The notes below the pieces were generated by a model, which was not told the origin of the DNA, did not search any database, and saw nothing but the letters and a program-made list of their open reading frames with translations. Both the position numbers and the translations under genes were made by a program. Shown one piece after another: positions 13,171 through 26,320 of a stretch of DNA of 64,000 nt. The DNA comes from Lytechinus pictus (taxonomy: Eukaryota). Location: NCBI RefSeq assembly GCF_037042905.1, contig NC_087263.1, forward strand, positions 11,224,001-11,288,000, in the 5' to 3' direction. Position 1 is the stretch's first letter; each line of letters opens with the position of its first letter.

Positions 13171-14045
13171 CACTCTAAAAAATGAAGAGCTAATTTAGCT
13201 CTTAAAGAGCGTGTATAGTGACTGCACTTCGGAGTGTTGATTTGTCTAGTTCAAATTTAAACGAGACAAATCAGCACTCCGAAGTGAAGTCACTATACAC
13301 GCTCTTTAAAGGGATGGTCCAGGCTGGAAATATTTATATCTCAATAAATAGAGTAAAATTCACAGAGCAAAATGCTGAAAATTTGATCAAAATTGGATAA
13401 CAAATAACAAAGTTATTGAATTTGAAAGATTTGCATTATTCCGGTGAAGCAGTTCTAGGCCTGTCTTTATAAATATTCATGAGGTATGCTGATGATGTCA
13501 TATCACCCACTTGTTTTTTTTATTATATAATTTTAGGTATATTTAAAATCCTTCTACCAAGAACTAAAAAAATTGGATTGACAACTGATTAAGTGCATTA
13601 TTTATTTATTGCCGCAACTTATTTCATTATATACATATATATTCATATATATATATACATATATATTCATATATATATACATACATATTCATATATATAT
13701 ACATATATATTCATATATATATACATATATATGAATACATATTCATTCATACACATGTATGAACAAATGAAACATTTATGATTTCATGTAATAACGTAAG
13801 AAAAAGGAAAGTGAGGATGTGACATCATCAGCCCACCTAATGAATATTCATGACGATGTGCCTATAACTATTTTCACTAAATATTTATAAACTATAAAAT
13901 TAAATAATTTCGTTATTTGTTATCAGATTTTAATGAAATTGTCAGTGTTTTGCTTTGTGAATTTTACTCTATTTATTTAGAGATAAATATTTTCAGCCCG
14001 GACCATCCCTTTAAGAGCTAAATTAGCTCTTCGTTTTTTAGAGTG
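13171..14045. mobile_element. Palindromic MITE (CACTCT..AGAGTG termini, TA duplication) interrupted by a nested element
   Basis: TA|cactctaaaaaatgaagagctaatttagctcttaa ... ttaagagctaaattagctcttcgttttttagagtg|TA. Confidence 0.9.
13310..14010. mobile_element. Kolobok-like non-autonomous DNA transposon (TTAA duplication), nested
   Basis: TTAA|agggatggtccaggctg...cagcccggaccatccct|TTAA; long imperfect TIRs around a central TA-rich microsatellite. Confidence 0.9.
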
Positions 14046-17000
14046 TATGCTAACAAGAGGTATAGGCGCTGTGCTTTTAGGCTGCCCCCCCCCCCCAAAA
14101 AAAAAAAAAAAAAAAAAAAAAAAAAGCAAATAAAAAAAAAAATTAAAAAAAAAGAACCAAGAAAAAAAGAACAACAACAACAACAAAAGCCGGACACATA
14201 AAAAAAAAAACCTGAAAATTTTGCTCTTTTTAAAGGAAATAAGAGAGACTCTTATGGATTGGTCTATGTTTCTGGCATTCCTTCCTTTTCGTTTATCAAG
14301 TTCATGGTATATTTTGGCTCGAATATTGGATTGAAATCCATTGGAACAAACAAAAATTCAGAAATAATTTCTAAGCTCTACCTACTCTATAATTTGTACT
14401 TCCCCATGGCATGGACCTCAGTTTTCCGTCATCAGCAAAACATCAGAACGTATGACAGTTCTAGCATAAATATGATAACAAATAAAATGTTCACTCTTTG
14501 ACAACAGAGCAAGCGATTGACAACGATTAACTTAACTCAATCGCCCAAATTATTGCATTTAGATTTGTTGCGATTTCTGAATGTGCTGTTTATGACAGAA
14601 GACAGCTCTTATAGTATCTTGTTTGCGAAAGTCTTTTTGCAAGAGGATAACATGGCCGAATAAACATTCGCATCCCAATTGGAAGATAAGATTAATAAGA
14701 TAATGTCTTAAATTGATCTGGCCTTGTATAAGGGTATGACAAAGCATTAGCTTGATTGCCATTCTCTGTTTATTTCAGAATGGCGTTCCTGCGTCAAAAT
14801 AAATGAATGGTACAATACTATGATACTAGCCAATAAGGAAAAACTGTATCTGAAAGTTCCTTGAGGTTTTCTTATTTTTGGTTTGTTTTGCTAAAAAGTA
14901 CTCCGTCAAAGATTCGTATGTGGTCAAAATAAAATAGCTTTTGTAAAATCTTGCTCGGGTTGTAACTGTTGTAAATAAGTTTGTAGAAGATATTATAAGC
15001 TTTAATATTCATTATGAACATCCAGAATAGACGAATGGGAAACTATTTTCTCTTTAGAAGAGGTGCCGTAGCCGAATGTTCTAAAGTGATATCATCACGA
15101 TCACGCAACATGTAATCTCATTGCTCGGTTAATTTTGTTTAGCGATTTCTTTCTTCACCATTTTTATTCCCAAATACAACTCTTACAGCAACCCTCAGCT
15201 TATCTTCGTCATACATAACATATAATCATAATAATGGATGCGGCAAAAGTTACAGAACCTGGTGTTGACACTTTAGGCGTTCCATATCTTTCACTTTGTG
15301 CGTACAAAATTGCTTGGGGATGAGCCGTGGAAATGGAACATTAGAGTGACAATAAAAACCAAATCAGGGATGAATTCTATATCCAATATTGGATGCTCAA
15401 TGGGAAGGAACGGAGCATAACGGCACGCGTATCTCCTATTATGCTCTCATTGATTCCAATTTGATTAGCCTGCTTCCGTCTCGTTGAAAACCGCGGGAAC
15501 TATTCATAGGATTTATCCCAACCGAGCTTTTAAAAGAAGATGATTTCAGAAAAGTCAGTGGACTTCGACGAGACCTTCGAGATAAATTACAATCTCAGTC
15601 ATCCGAGAATGAACGTTTTCAAATATACATCTAGTTTGGTCGAGCCCCAAACCGGCATTCGTGGCAAACAATTTAGTGTAATGCGAGAAAGAATGACGGC
15701 AGTTACTTGAAAAAGGCAATGGCCCTTATCGATGTCAAGGTGTACACATGCTTCAGGTTTGATATAAGAATGGGTGTAATCACGCTTGTGGAAGACAGGA
15801 ACAGGAATCCTTTTATATGTCTGTATAAAGCCTGTACCCCCCCCCCCCCCGTGTATAATGATAATAAATAAATCAAGTAAAATGCATTAAAGAACCTGCA
15901 TAACAGAAAACGACAATACCAAGTCATACCAGCAGGAAAACGTAGGTTAGGAGTTAAGTCCCGAGTTTTCCTTTCTAAAAAAAAAAGAAACATCACATTT
16001 AGTGTTCTTCGGTGCTCGCAGTGTCTGCACCGCTAGCCGGTGCCTTTACACGCATAATAAATGCGAGTCTGCACCACTCTCGGGTCTGCACCGCGAGCCG
16101 ATGCAGCGTGTAGACACGATAAATGTTTAGTTAGTCTCTCCATTCTAACATTTTTTGTCGGTATATAAATTTGTATATCACGTTTGAATAATGATGTTTA
16201 GCGTATTAACTTTATTGACATTCGACTGAAACGTTTTATTTGTATATTCTGGGATATTGAAAAAATATATATATATTTTGAAATTTTATTTCATGGTAAA
16301 GTTTTCTCTCTGTAACGACTGCCGTGACGTGACTGCAAAGGGGATGACCCACTCATTGTGTCAGTCAGATCAAATGATTGATTTAGTATTCACAGGTACA
16401 GGCAAATTATGACTGATAAATTTGGAGAGAAAAAATTTTATCTTTCCCCCATAGTATTTTATTTCCCAGAAATGAAGAATAGTGTCCGATAGACATCTAG
16501 AGTTGGCGTCTAAAGTCACAATGAAGGAATCGCTGCCATCCCTTTTCGGATGACAAATTGTTCTCAAATGTGTTTTTGTTATTCGAAAACAAAGAAGAGC
16601 GGGTGGTTTTGGCACAACGATACCTGTAGGGTTACGCATGACTTTTTGAATGAATGCTTATCGAGTTTCCTTTATAATCTCTCTGGGTTTTCATGATTTC
16701 ACAAACCTGAACAATTAGATATACACGGATATTTGACAAGAGAGAATAAAATATTATGGAATTATATATTAAGAAGAATCTAGAGAAACATACGGCAATA
16801 TTAATTGATGATAATAGTTATACGCAACATTGATTTATGATGAAAAAAATATATATTTTCTAAAGAGAACTTGTTCTAAAAGATTATTTTGTTTGTTTCT
16901 TTAATAAGGGACGCCCCGTAGATAGTTTAAATTTTCCATGTAATTTATTCATTCATACTCCTATATTGACCCATACCCAAGCAGAAAAATATGCAGCATG

Positions 17001-17164
17001 ATATACAAACAGGGGAAACTAACATCAACAGCAAATAATAAAGAACAAATCATTTATTAAATCGAGTGAATTCAACAAATGCTCCGTCGACATCATTATT
17101 CTACCATGGGTTTAATGCCATTACTATACTACATATCAATCGTCTTCAACAAAAAAGTTTTAGG

Positions 17165-17225
17165 AATGTTATAACGTTCCAAAGGGCCTATGTTGGACCT
17201 GCTTTTGTTCATTATTTATTCTAAA
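17165..17225 (+). mobile_element. Tiny, highly decayed LINE RT fragment
   Basis: VPKGPMLDLLLFIIY resembles VPQGSxLGPLLFxIY. Confidence 0.4.
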
Positions 17226-17860
17226 AAATATCCTGAAACATTTATCCACTACCTTGTTTATTATACATGTAGAGAAAATGAGGAAAATTCGAACGTTTCT
17301 CCGATCAGACATAAAAGAAAACTTAAGTAGCTGGTATGTCATATCACCCCTCCATCATGTCCATCGTTTTCAATTGTTTTTATCTTACGGGGAAACAAAA
17401 TAAGAATAACTTTGCCAGTCAGATTCATGGTATGCCCCGCTTCTTTGTGCATGTACATTGCATTTTCTTTTTCTTTATGTTTTCTAGGACATCCATTCAA
17501 CTTTATTGCATAAACATAATTGTTAGGATAGTATTGAAATGGCGTGCATACTTTGCTTGCAGTCTTTGTTTATTCAAACTTCAGGCTACACGCTCCACAT
17601 ATTCATTGTAGGGGTTTTATTCGCTTTTTTTTTTCAATATCCAATGTTCGAATAAACCATTGTTTTGCATGATATATGTAGGTAGAAGTACGTTAGATGC
17701 CATTGTGTTTGGAATATAATTAATTGATATCTATATGCAAAGATGATATATTGAATCATAAAACTTATTATCCTGCGGACAAAGTGCACATGTTCTTAGA
17801 AGGGCTGTTGCCGACAGTAAAATATCCGTTCTCTGTCAAAACTATGACTGGTATTGAAAG

Positions 17861-18060
17861 CATAGGCGGCGGAAGCGGGGGGCGGGGGACGTGTCCCCCT
17901 AAATCTGTTGTTGAAAACTTTTTTTTTTTTTTTTTTGCTTGTCAATTTTTTTCCTGCGTCCCCCCTAAAATTTTAGGTTGATAACCTTTTTTTTTTTTTT
18001 TTTGCTTGTCAAAAAAAAATTGTGGTCCCCCCAAAACAATTTTTGCTTCCGCCGCCAATG
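17861..18060. mobile_element. hAT-type MITE with perfect 8-bp duplication ATTGAAAG
   Basis: ATTGAAAG|cataggcggcggaagc...gcttccgccgccaatg|ATTGAAAG. Confidence 0.92.
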
Positions 18061-18455
18061 ATTGAAAGTGCCCCATATTAAACAAAAATAGGGAGTACTG
18101 TTACAAAATATGCCCTTTCATGAGATATCTCAAAGAAATGCGAAAGTTTTATTAACACATTTATTATGTGTGTCCAAAGCTCCAAATTTTATTTTTTTTT
18201 TACAATTAAAAATCAAAATGCAAATATACAAAGATGAAATGGTGACAAAATAATTAATCCGGCATTCGTAGCAGTTTTTAATGGTATTTATGACTGGGCC
18301 ATAAGCAAGGAGAGGAAATTTAAAATGGGATAATGCCCTTGCCAGAGCGTCCTGGAAACTGAGTGGAACAGAACCTGGGTCTGCGAGACCATCATTTTAA
18401 ATATAGGGAGAAACACATAGGGATTATATGAATCAGAGAGGGAGAACCCCGTATA

Positions 18456-18651
18456 CACTCTTAAGAATGTTGGGCAACATACTGTCCACACGACAATTCG
18501 CTTCAACCTAATCCAATTCTGGGTAGTTTTAAACCAATAATGTGTGCTTTGGGTGAAAACCACACAGTATTGGTCGAAAACTACCCAGAGTCGGATATTT
18601 TTTCAAACCAATTGTTGTGTGGACAGTATGTCACCCAACATTTTAAGAGTG
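18456..18651. mobile_element. CAC..GTG / TA-duplication MITE
   Basis: TIR cactcttaagaatgttgggcaacatactgtccacac versus gtgtggacagtatgtcacccaacattttaagagtg. Confidence 0.88.
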
Positions 18652-18719
18652 TAGGCCTACTTATAATGGGCTAGTGAGGCAATTTTATTTAAGGAGGCTT
18701 ATTTTTATATGTTTATTAT

Positions 18720-19644
18720 TAGCATTGCGCTCAAGTCAGTGCCTAATATTCTTATGAAGCGGTATTGTGATCTCTTAGCTCTACCCATCGAAGGTCTGAT
18801 TAATGCATCATTGCGCGATGAAGTGGTTCCCTACAGTTTGGCGCTGGCTTTGTCACCCTGGTATTGAAGAAATCTATACACTTTATCATTATGATCTTGC
18901 GAACTATCGCCCGGTGTCCATATCTTGCCAAAGTGATGGAGGGGATTGTTCTTAGTCGTCTGACCATGCTGACTGCATATTTGCAAGGCGATTGGCTTAT
19001 TGAGTGTTTCCAGTCTGCCTACAGGAAGAATCACAGTGTGGAGACATCACTATTGAAGGTCTCAGATGACATCCTTACATCAATCGATAAGAAGAAAGCA
19101 GTTGCCTTAGTCCTTCTTGACTTGTCAGCAGCATTTTATACAATGGATCATGCCATTTAGAGACTTAAAGACTTAGAGTTTATTTTGGAATTGATGGTTC
19201 TGCACTCTGATGGCTTCGTTCTTACCTTAAAAAAACAGAGGACACGCTGTAGTCATCACCTGTGACTACCCTTCGCTATGGAGTTCCCCATGGATCTGTT
19301 CTCGGTGCCGTTCTTTTCACATTGTACATCACAGCCTCTTGGCTCTATAATCATTATAATAATGTCAGGCTGTCTAGAATGCTACGACCCGCCTTCTTAC
19401 ATGTCTTATGGTCATTAGAAAGTTCGATCACCTCTCGGCAACCCTTCAAGAACTTCGCAGTGTATGATCCTCCTACTTACTTATACCCTACTCTAAAACC
19501 AAGGCAACTCTTGAAGAATGTGCATTTAGCTACGCAGCTCCGAAATAATGGAACCAACTTCACCTTAGAACTAAAATGGCCCAATCTGTACCTGCTTTCA
19601 AAACACTATTGAAGACACATCTGTGTAGGAAAGCGTTTAAGTAA
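18720..19644 (+). mobile_element. Decayed, internally deleted L2-type LINE
   Basis: FQSAYRKNHSVETSLLKVSDDI...LVLLDLSAAF, GVPHGSVLGAVLFTLY, terminal FKTLLKTHL. Confidence 0.92.
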
Positions 19645-19729
19645 GATCATAATTTTTAGTAAGTAGTATAAGCAAAAGGAGTAACCAAAGCAAAGCAGAG
19701 TATATCTAAAGCTCTCCATAACCTGGTCC

Positions 19730-19945
19730 CGACCTTAACTTCGTTAATCAGTGTACGTCAGCTGCGGCCATTACTTCGTTCTGCTGGACTTTTTCTTCAG
19801 GTGTCCAGTATCTTTCTGAAAAGTTACCTTTTCGTCAGTTAAACCTCGTCTTTGGAATTCTATGTCAATCCAACGTCATAATTGTAATAACATTAAGACA
19901 TTCAAATCTGACCTGAAGATTCATCTTTTCCAACAACTTTGTGAA
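19730..19945 (+). mobile_element. Second L2-type 3' end fragment
   Basis: Translates as ..FSSVKPRLWNS...TFKSDLKIHLF, the typical L2 ORF2 ending. Confidence 0.65.
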
Positions 19946-22194
19946 TAGTGTGAGACATATTCGGGAGCAGGCGCTGGTGAATGTTTTTTTTTTTTTTTTT
20001 TGGGGGGGGGGGGGCAGATAAATGGCGTGGCTATACAAATGCTGTCCATCATCATCATCATCATCAATGAAAAAAAAATACTTGTCAGAAAAATATAGGC
20101 AGATTAAGTAAATACGTTTGATCATAAAATAATGACGTAGGAAAATAGAATACAATGGCTTAGCCCCAAAATATCAATGTTTTAGACCCCTCCCTTTTTG
20201 TAAGGCCTGTGAGGGGGGAGGGGGTAGGGGGGTAGCACTCCACACCAATACGCATAACTTTTCAGCGTACATGTTCCATTGTCATGATTGAATCGGGCAT
20301 ACAGATTTTTAGTATCTTTATTGCATCACTTCGATTAACTTTACGAGTTCGAAGGTTAAAGAGCAGCCTGTTTCCACTGGAACATTTCTTAAAGTAAGTA
20401 TTGATTTTTGTTTTATTTAAAGAGGTTACTTATACGTACTTAATCAGGTATGAAGTTACCTGTATCAAAGCCTAGTCCTATTTTCAGGGATTGCTAACTA
20501 ATTCTCTCTTTGGTCTAAACTGTGACATGATGATGTACAAGAAAGATCGATACACAAAACTTAACCAATTACTATTGTCATTATCTTCAAAGACTGTACT
20601 TCACATCACATTAACTTTAGTAACAACGTTTTGCATGTTTATAGTAGTCATGTTAGTAGTAAATATAGAATATGTATCACAGTCATGGAGATGGCAATGA
20701 TATGATATTGATGATGATATTAATTAGTTATACTATTCTAACATATAATATATCCATACGACCACCCCCCCCCCCCCTCCCTCGCCGCCGCCAAGAACAT
20801 TTAGCACACAATGAACTATGCACTATTACTATTACATTATTTCGGTTCATTATTCGTGCAATATGTATTTTATGCATTTCGATTTTTAATGGGAAATGGG
20901 CATACTATACACTGAAATGCGATGCAATAAAATGGAAATGAATTGTCGAAATATTCTAAGATTCGCGCTCATCAAATGTAAATAGATAAAAGGTCAGGAA
21001 ACATACATTCGCAATAATATAATCATCAGATAATTGGAAATGCAGGAGGGGAATCGTTACGCCAACAAATTATACTGCAATTCTTATTGATATCTAGCTG
21101 TGTGAACGCACTAATATCTTTATCACTGATGCCTGTATTTGAGCAAGTTTTTTTTATAGTTCTATTTAAGGTGTCCCGATGGCGTGTGCCCATTGTTTGT
21201 GCTTTACAAACAACCTCGCGTTCTGTGCCTTTGTTAGCATTTCCAGACAATAACATCACGGGCAAGTTCATGATAAAAGTGATTCACAGAATGGAAGGAA
21301 ATAGGTGACAGAAAAAAGGCAAGAAAGAAAATAAATAAAAAGAGAGATTTCGCCTCCAGTTGATTTAGTTGTTTTGTCATTTTCCTCTGCATTTTTTTTT
21401 TACTATGGTTAGAATTGTTGGAGATAAAGATCAAAAGTCTAGAGGAACTCTTTTGTCCGTTTGATGTTTTTGTGGCTTTCTGGTCTCGCACAGTAATATA
21501 GTGCGCTTTAATCGATTTATATTTATAAGAACGTAGAGGGTGAGATAGACAGTGTGATGTAAAACATAAGTGAAGGAAGAGCGGGGAAAAGATGGAGAGG
21601 GAGAGATAGAGGGGGAAAGGAAAGTAGATGAAACATAAAACAGATGAGTGAAAAGGAAGGAGAGAAAAGAAGAAAGAGAGGGGGAGAGACATAATGAGAA
21701 AAAGGAGTTGGAGAAAGGAAAAAGATTAGATTCAATGAAACAAATATCAAAATATGAAAGAAAATAGGGTTAATTACGATAGGAGACTGTGCGAAATTTT
21801 GTTAGATAATAATGAGATTGAGAAACATTGGTGTCGAAAGCATATTTCAGTTTTTTTTTTCATTTTTTACGGTTCCCCAGAAATCTATATCTTGGGAAAG
21901 AACGATAACATATATTTTTGCCTGTATAAGAGAAAGAGGGGAAGAGCGAGAATGAAAAAGGGAGAGGAGGGGGGGGGGGGCGGGGGTTGCTGTTATGAGA
22001 GAAATATATCATGGGAGAGAGAGAGAGAGGAACATGATTGATTGTTGTCGAATTATTGAACATGTAACTCCAATTTCATTTTAAACCGAACATACCGGAA
22101 GAATGGTGCGGCGAAGCTCGCATCTGCATGGCTAAGGTTTAAGACAAGAAACATTTGCCTTTGCACCACCATGGGCTAGTACAAGTTACCTGTA

Positions 22195-22400
22195 TCATTA
22201 ATAGCAACCGTCATCCCAATCAAAGGCACATGGCTTATAATTTGAAGCCGTTTGCGACCAGTTGCCATCGTAATCAGTTGCTGTGACGTCATAATTCTGT
22301 ATGCAGATCTCCGTCCCCTTCTCTCCATTGACACAGGGGTAAATGAATCGCTGGATTCATTTCGCGCATCATGCATGTAATATCCCGGCCACATTTCACA
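22195..22400. promoter_or_regulatory. Candidate cis-regulatory module
   Basis: RFX-like half sites (ATAGCAAC 22201, GTTGCCAT 22261, GTTGCTGTG 22277), perfect CRE TGACGTCA 22284-22291, overlapping CCAAT/ATCAAAG near 22216-22225. Confidence 0.3.
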
Positions 22401-22907
22401 AATCTGCTTGATATCAAATAAAAAGCTCTCGACCAGTTAAACCACACCTTTTCAGTAGATTACAACTGCAAATTTGAAATTGTCTTTGATTACGGGTCTT
22501 ATTCAACTGGGTCCTGACCATACGCTTTGTGGAGTCCAGCGATCATAATCTGTTATAATTGTATTATTCAACATCAATATTTAAGTGCATAAGGACTCTT
22601 TAAACTGATAATCATGCGCTCTACAATAATGTTTATTATCATTATTTTAAAGAATTTGTACCTTTTTAACAAAATTACATCTGAAGGTGAACTCAATGCT
22701 TCCATTCTCCCATTCACTTACATGTATATATAATCTGCGAAATATAAATCTCATTCCATATAATTATCATGAACATCATTGGATAACAGTTAAACTTCAC
22801 AGGCAACTTCATTACATATCATACATCTTCTATGTTAATCGCAATATAAACCACATCTAAAACGAATTATCGCATTTTAACATGAATTCATGGGTTCATA
22901 ACACTAA

Positions 22908-23122
22908 TCGTGGTACATATAGTTCAGTCGGTAGAGCGAGGGACTCGTATTCTGGTGACCCGGGTTTGATTCCCACTTGGTGCGCTAGTGCCCTTTGGTG
23001 AGGCATTAATCCTCAGTACCAGGTCCTTCGGAGAGGACCTTAAGCCGTCGGTCCTCTGGTTGCTTGCTTACAAGCATTCATGCTTTCTTAGCAATCAGGT
23101 AAAAATAAATCACCACCACCAT
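22908..23122 (+). mobile_element. tRNA-derived SINE (separate family)
   Basis: A box TAGTTCAGTCGGTAGAGC, B box GGTTTGATTCC, body ending in AAAAATAAAT(CAC)n. Confidence 0.8.
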
Positions 23123-25949
23123 ATGATTCGAAAACCGTTTTTTTTTTTTTTTTTTTTTAGTTGGCTATCGTTGCAATCGCCCCACGTGGAAGTTGACCGG
23201 AATATTCTTAACGAGTGTAAAGTGTGGATACATTTTATTTTCGGGAAAGACTGATTGAAACCTATGACCAGTGAGCTGGGAACGATTTATGAAGATGGGT
23301 GCTGGTTTTGAAAAGAAAAAAAGAAACAAACAAAACAAAGGAAACAGAACGATTTTTACTTCAAAATGAAGGTGATTTTTGTCAGAAGAAAATTGGTAGC
23401 AAAAAGGGGAAAGGGCTTTTACTCTAAAATAAAGGTCATTTTCATGGTCGAATTTCTACATTTTATCATACTAACCTGCTTTCCAGCACCCCGCTTCCCA
23501 AGACCATGCCAATGACAGAGGTATCCTGAAAGCGTTTTAATATCTGTAACCGCCTTCAGGTGCGAATAAAGAAATATTTATCTTACATTTAATATTAAGC
23601 GGTCATATAATTCTGTACAAAGTAAACCAGAGGCAAAGAATGAAAATTAAAACAGTCTTGCCTGTTCAGATATGGCTCAGAATATCATTTTCTGTGTGAG
23701 TACACGCATGCCTCTCATTATACATTTTTTAAATATCAAAGGTGTCTTTATTGTTCCTTTTTTAGGTATACATCTATTGATTAAAAGACCCCTAAAGTAA
23801 TTGTCATAATTAAAGTATTAAATAAATAATTAAGTCTTCTTTTAGTTAATAGAAACGCGTAACCTAGAAATCACAATTGATTTTTAAAAGCAACTAAGCC
23901 TTGTAACGGACCCTTGATCTTTAATCGAAAGAGTGTCATATTCATAGATTGATTGCCTTCAGGATTGATTGATTGATAACGAATTTATTTCATTCCAAAA
24001 TTTCAACAAAGTTACAAAGTAAAGTCAAATATAATAATAACGTTATGAAATGAAATAGAAACCTGAAAAGCAAAGGTCAGAAGGTTCCCTATCTTATTGG
24101 TTAGTGCTGGATATCCTGTTTTGGTACCAGACATGCCCTAAGGGAGACGATCTGGATTAATATGGGATATTCCCACATTTAACATGGTTTAAGGTAACTT
24201 GGGTGACGTTTAGGTCATAACATGCATAATGTCTGGGGTCAGCCAGGCTACCAATATGATTTTTTTTTAGAAAATATTATTTCCCTTAGAAGAATTCTAT
24301 TCTATTATTTGACTGGGCTGCATATCATATTGCGCTCATTATGGAAAAATGAAACTGTGATTCAACGTGTGGTTTGTGCTATTATAAAACCGCATTATAA
24401 ATCTCAAAATTTCACCTTCAGGAGTGTTATGGTAAGGTGACTCTGATAACAATCTTAAGAAAACTCACCATTTGTTACATTGTACCAAAGAGAGCCTGGA
24501 ACAATACCTCGTCGTCTGCCTCGCTATTTCAACCCCATATTCCCGAGTTCTCTTTCGCTTTAAGATTGCCACGTGTTGCTCTGCGATTCAATTTCAAGAT
24601 AAGCCCCCAAAACTGCAAGTTTTGTTGCTATTTTGAACGATTTGATTGCCAAAAGATTACATTTTTAGAAAATAGAAACTCCTATAATTTGAAAGCTAGG
24701 AGAGGGTATATAAAGTTAAATGCCAAAAGGGCTATACATACACCAAATAAGGAAAGTTTATTTCTGTTGTTGCGACTGTATAGGAAACGTTCTGTTGTTC
24801 AACTCTTATCTTAGATTAACATTTCTGAAAATCCAAATTACCTCATCAATCTTAGGTCACAAATACAACAATACAACATTTTTTCTCAATTTCCCTTTTT
24901 CTTCCCATTTGTTGTTTTTTCCACAGTAAATCTAAAGACATTCGATACTATAAAATGATTATTGTGAAATGGTTTTGAGAGCAACATCATGCCTACATTA
25001 TTATTATTATTTTTTTTTTTTTTGGGGGGGATAATCTTAAGGTTTTCATGATTTATTTCAATCAGTTATGAGTACATAGGCATCACTACGACAAAGGGGG
25101 AGCAAACTGACCAACAGTATGTGTGATCTTCCATTGATTGTGCGTATTCATTAGCTATTAACAAAAAAAATGCCCTTTGAGATGATGCAGAACATAAACT
25201 AGTCTATAATTAATTTTGTATAGAAAAATCTAAATTTAGAATTTACTCTGCTCATGTTGCATTATGGGTGAGGAACCTGTCCAGATTTTGAGTAGTTGAG
25301 AAATTTAGGTGGTGCTATTATCAGGCCACTAGTTCGCATCTGCTTTAAGTGATTATTATCTTATTTATACAACCTCAACCTCTTATTTCTTGCTCAATAG
25401 AGAGATATGACCATGACAATTAACAACAACAACAAAATCAAATCAAACAAATTTACATATACCAATCTGAAATGAACTGCACGTTTTTTTTTTTTTTTTT
25501 TTTAATGCAGTATTGTATTAAACTTTGCTTCTTGATGAATCGACCGATGAATGACCGACTCGAGCTTGGATGTTTCACTCTCTGGTGAGCTTTTTGCAGG
25601 ACTAATAAGTGGTAAAGTAACTTTTTAAACTACTTAATCGTGAAAAACCCTTTTACAGAATAATATATTTTCAATGTAAAATGTGATCAGAATTCCCGTC
25701 AAATACATGTGTGGTAATTTAAGGTAAAAGGGCTTTGCTTGTGATTTTAATGCTGAAAACATTTTTTTTTTCTGTTTTAAAACACTTTGAACTTTTTTTT
25801 CCTGGGACAGAAAACAAAATCAAAAGCATTTTCATAAGAGAGAAGTGTTGGGGCGGCACACCCAGTTAATACATTTCTCAGTTTTATCAGACATGAACCT
25901 CTTTCAATGTGGTTTCTTTTTTACTTCTTTTTTTAAAACTTTCCATGTA

Positions 25950-26320
25950 CCACCCGTCTCTTTCCATACCCTCTTCCTCCCGATTATACTTTCCCATTTT
26001 CTACTTCTGTTTAATATCTCATGCCCCTGTCAGCGTTCTTCTATTTTACTCTGCCTCTTTTCTCCCTTTTTTTCTTTCATCACCCCTTCTCATTACCCCC
26101 ATTCCTCTCTCGTATCGTTTCTTCCTCATTCACCCGCTCACGCACACCCACACACTCCTTTTCCATGTTTTATTATTTTTTCTCTCTCTCTGTTGCTACC
26201 CTCACTCCCACTCTATCAATTGCTTTCTCTCCCTCTACCTTTAACTCCCGTTCTCTCCCTCTCTCTCACTCCCCCTCTCTCCATCCCCCTCCCTCTCTTT
26301 CTCTCTCTGTCTCTCTTTTA
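25950..26320. repeat. Polypyrimidine (CT-rich) tract; similar tracts at 1460-1590, 21570-21730, 53570-53700 and 58165-58460
   Basis: Strong purine/pyrimidine strand asymmetry. Confidence 0.9.

Noticed and set aside
15440..15710. Short protein-like frames
   Set aside because: Under 60 aa, no homology recognised, no convincing acceptor/donor pair.
22908..22985. Possible tRNA genes (also 10275, 33290, 54100)
   Set aside because: A/B boxes are present, but the cloverleaf stems are broken and each continues into a SINE body.
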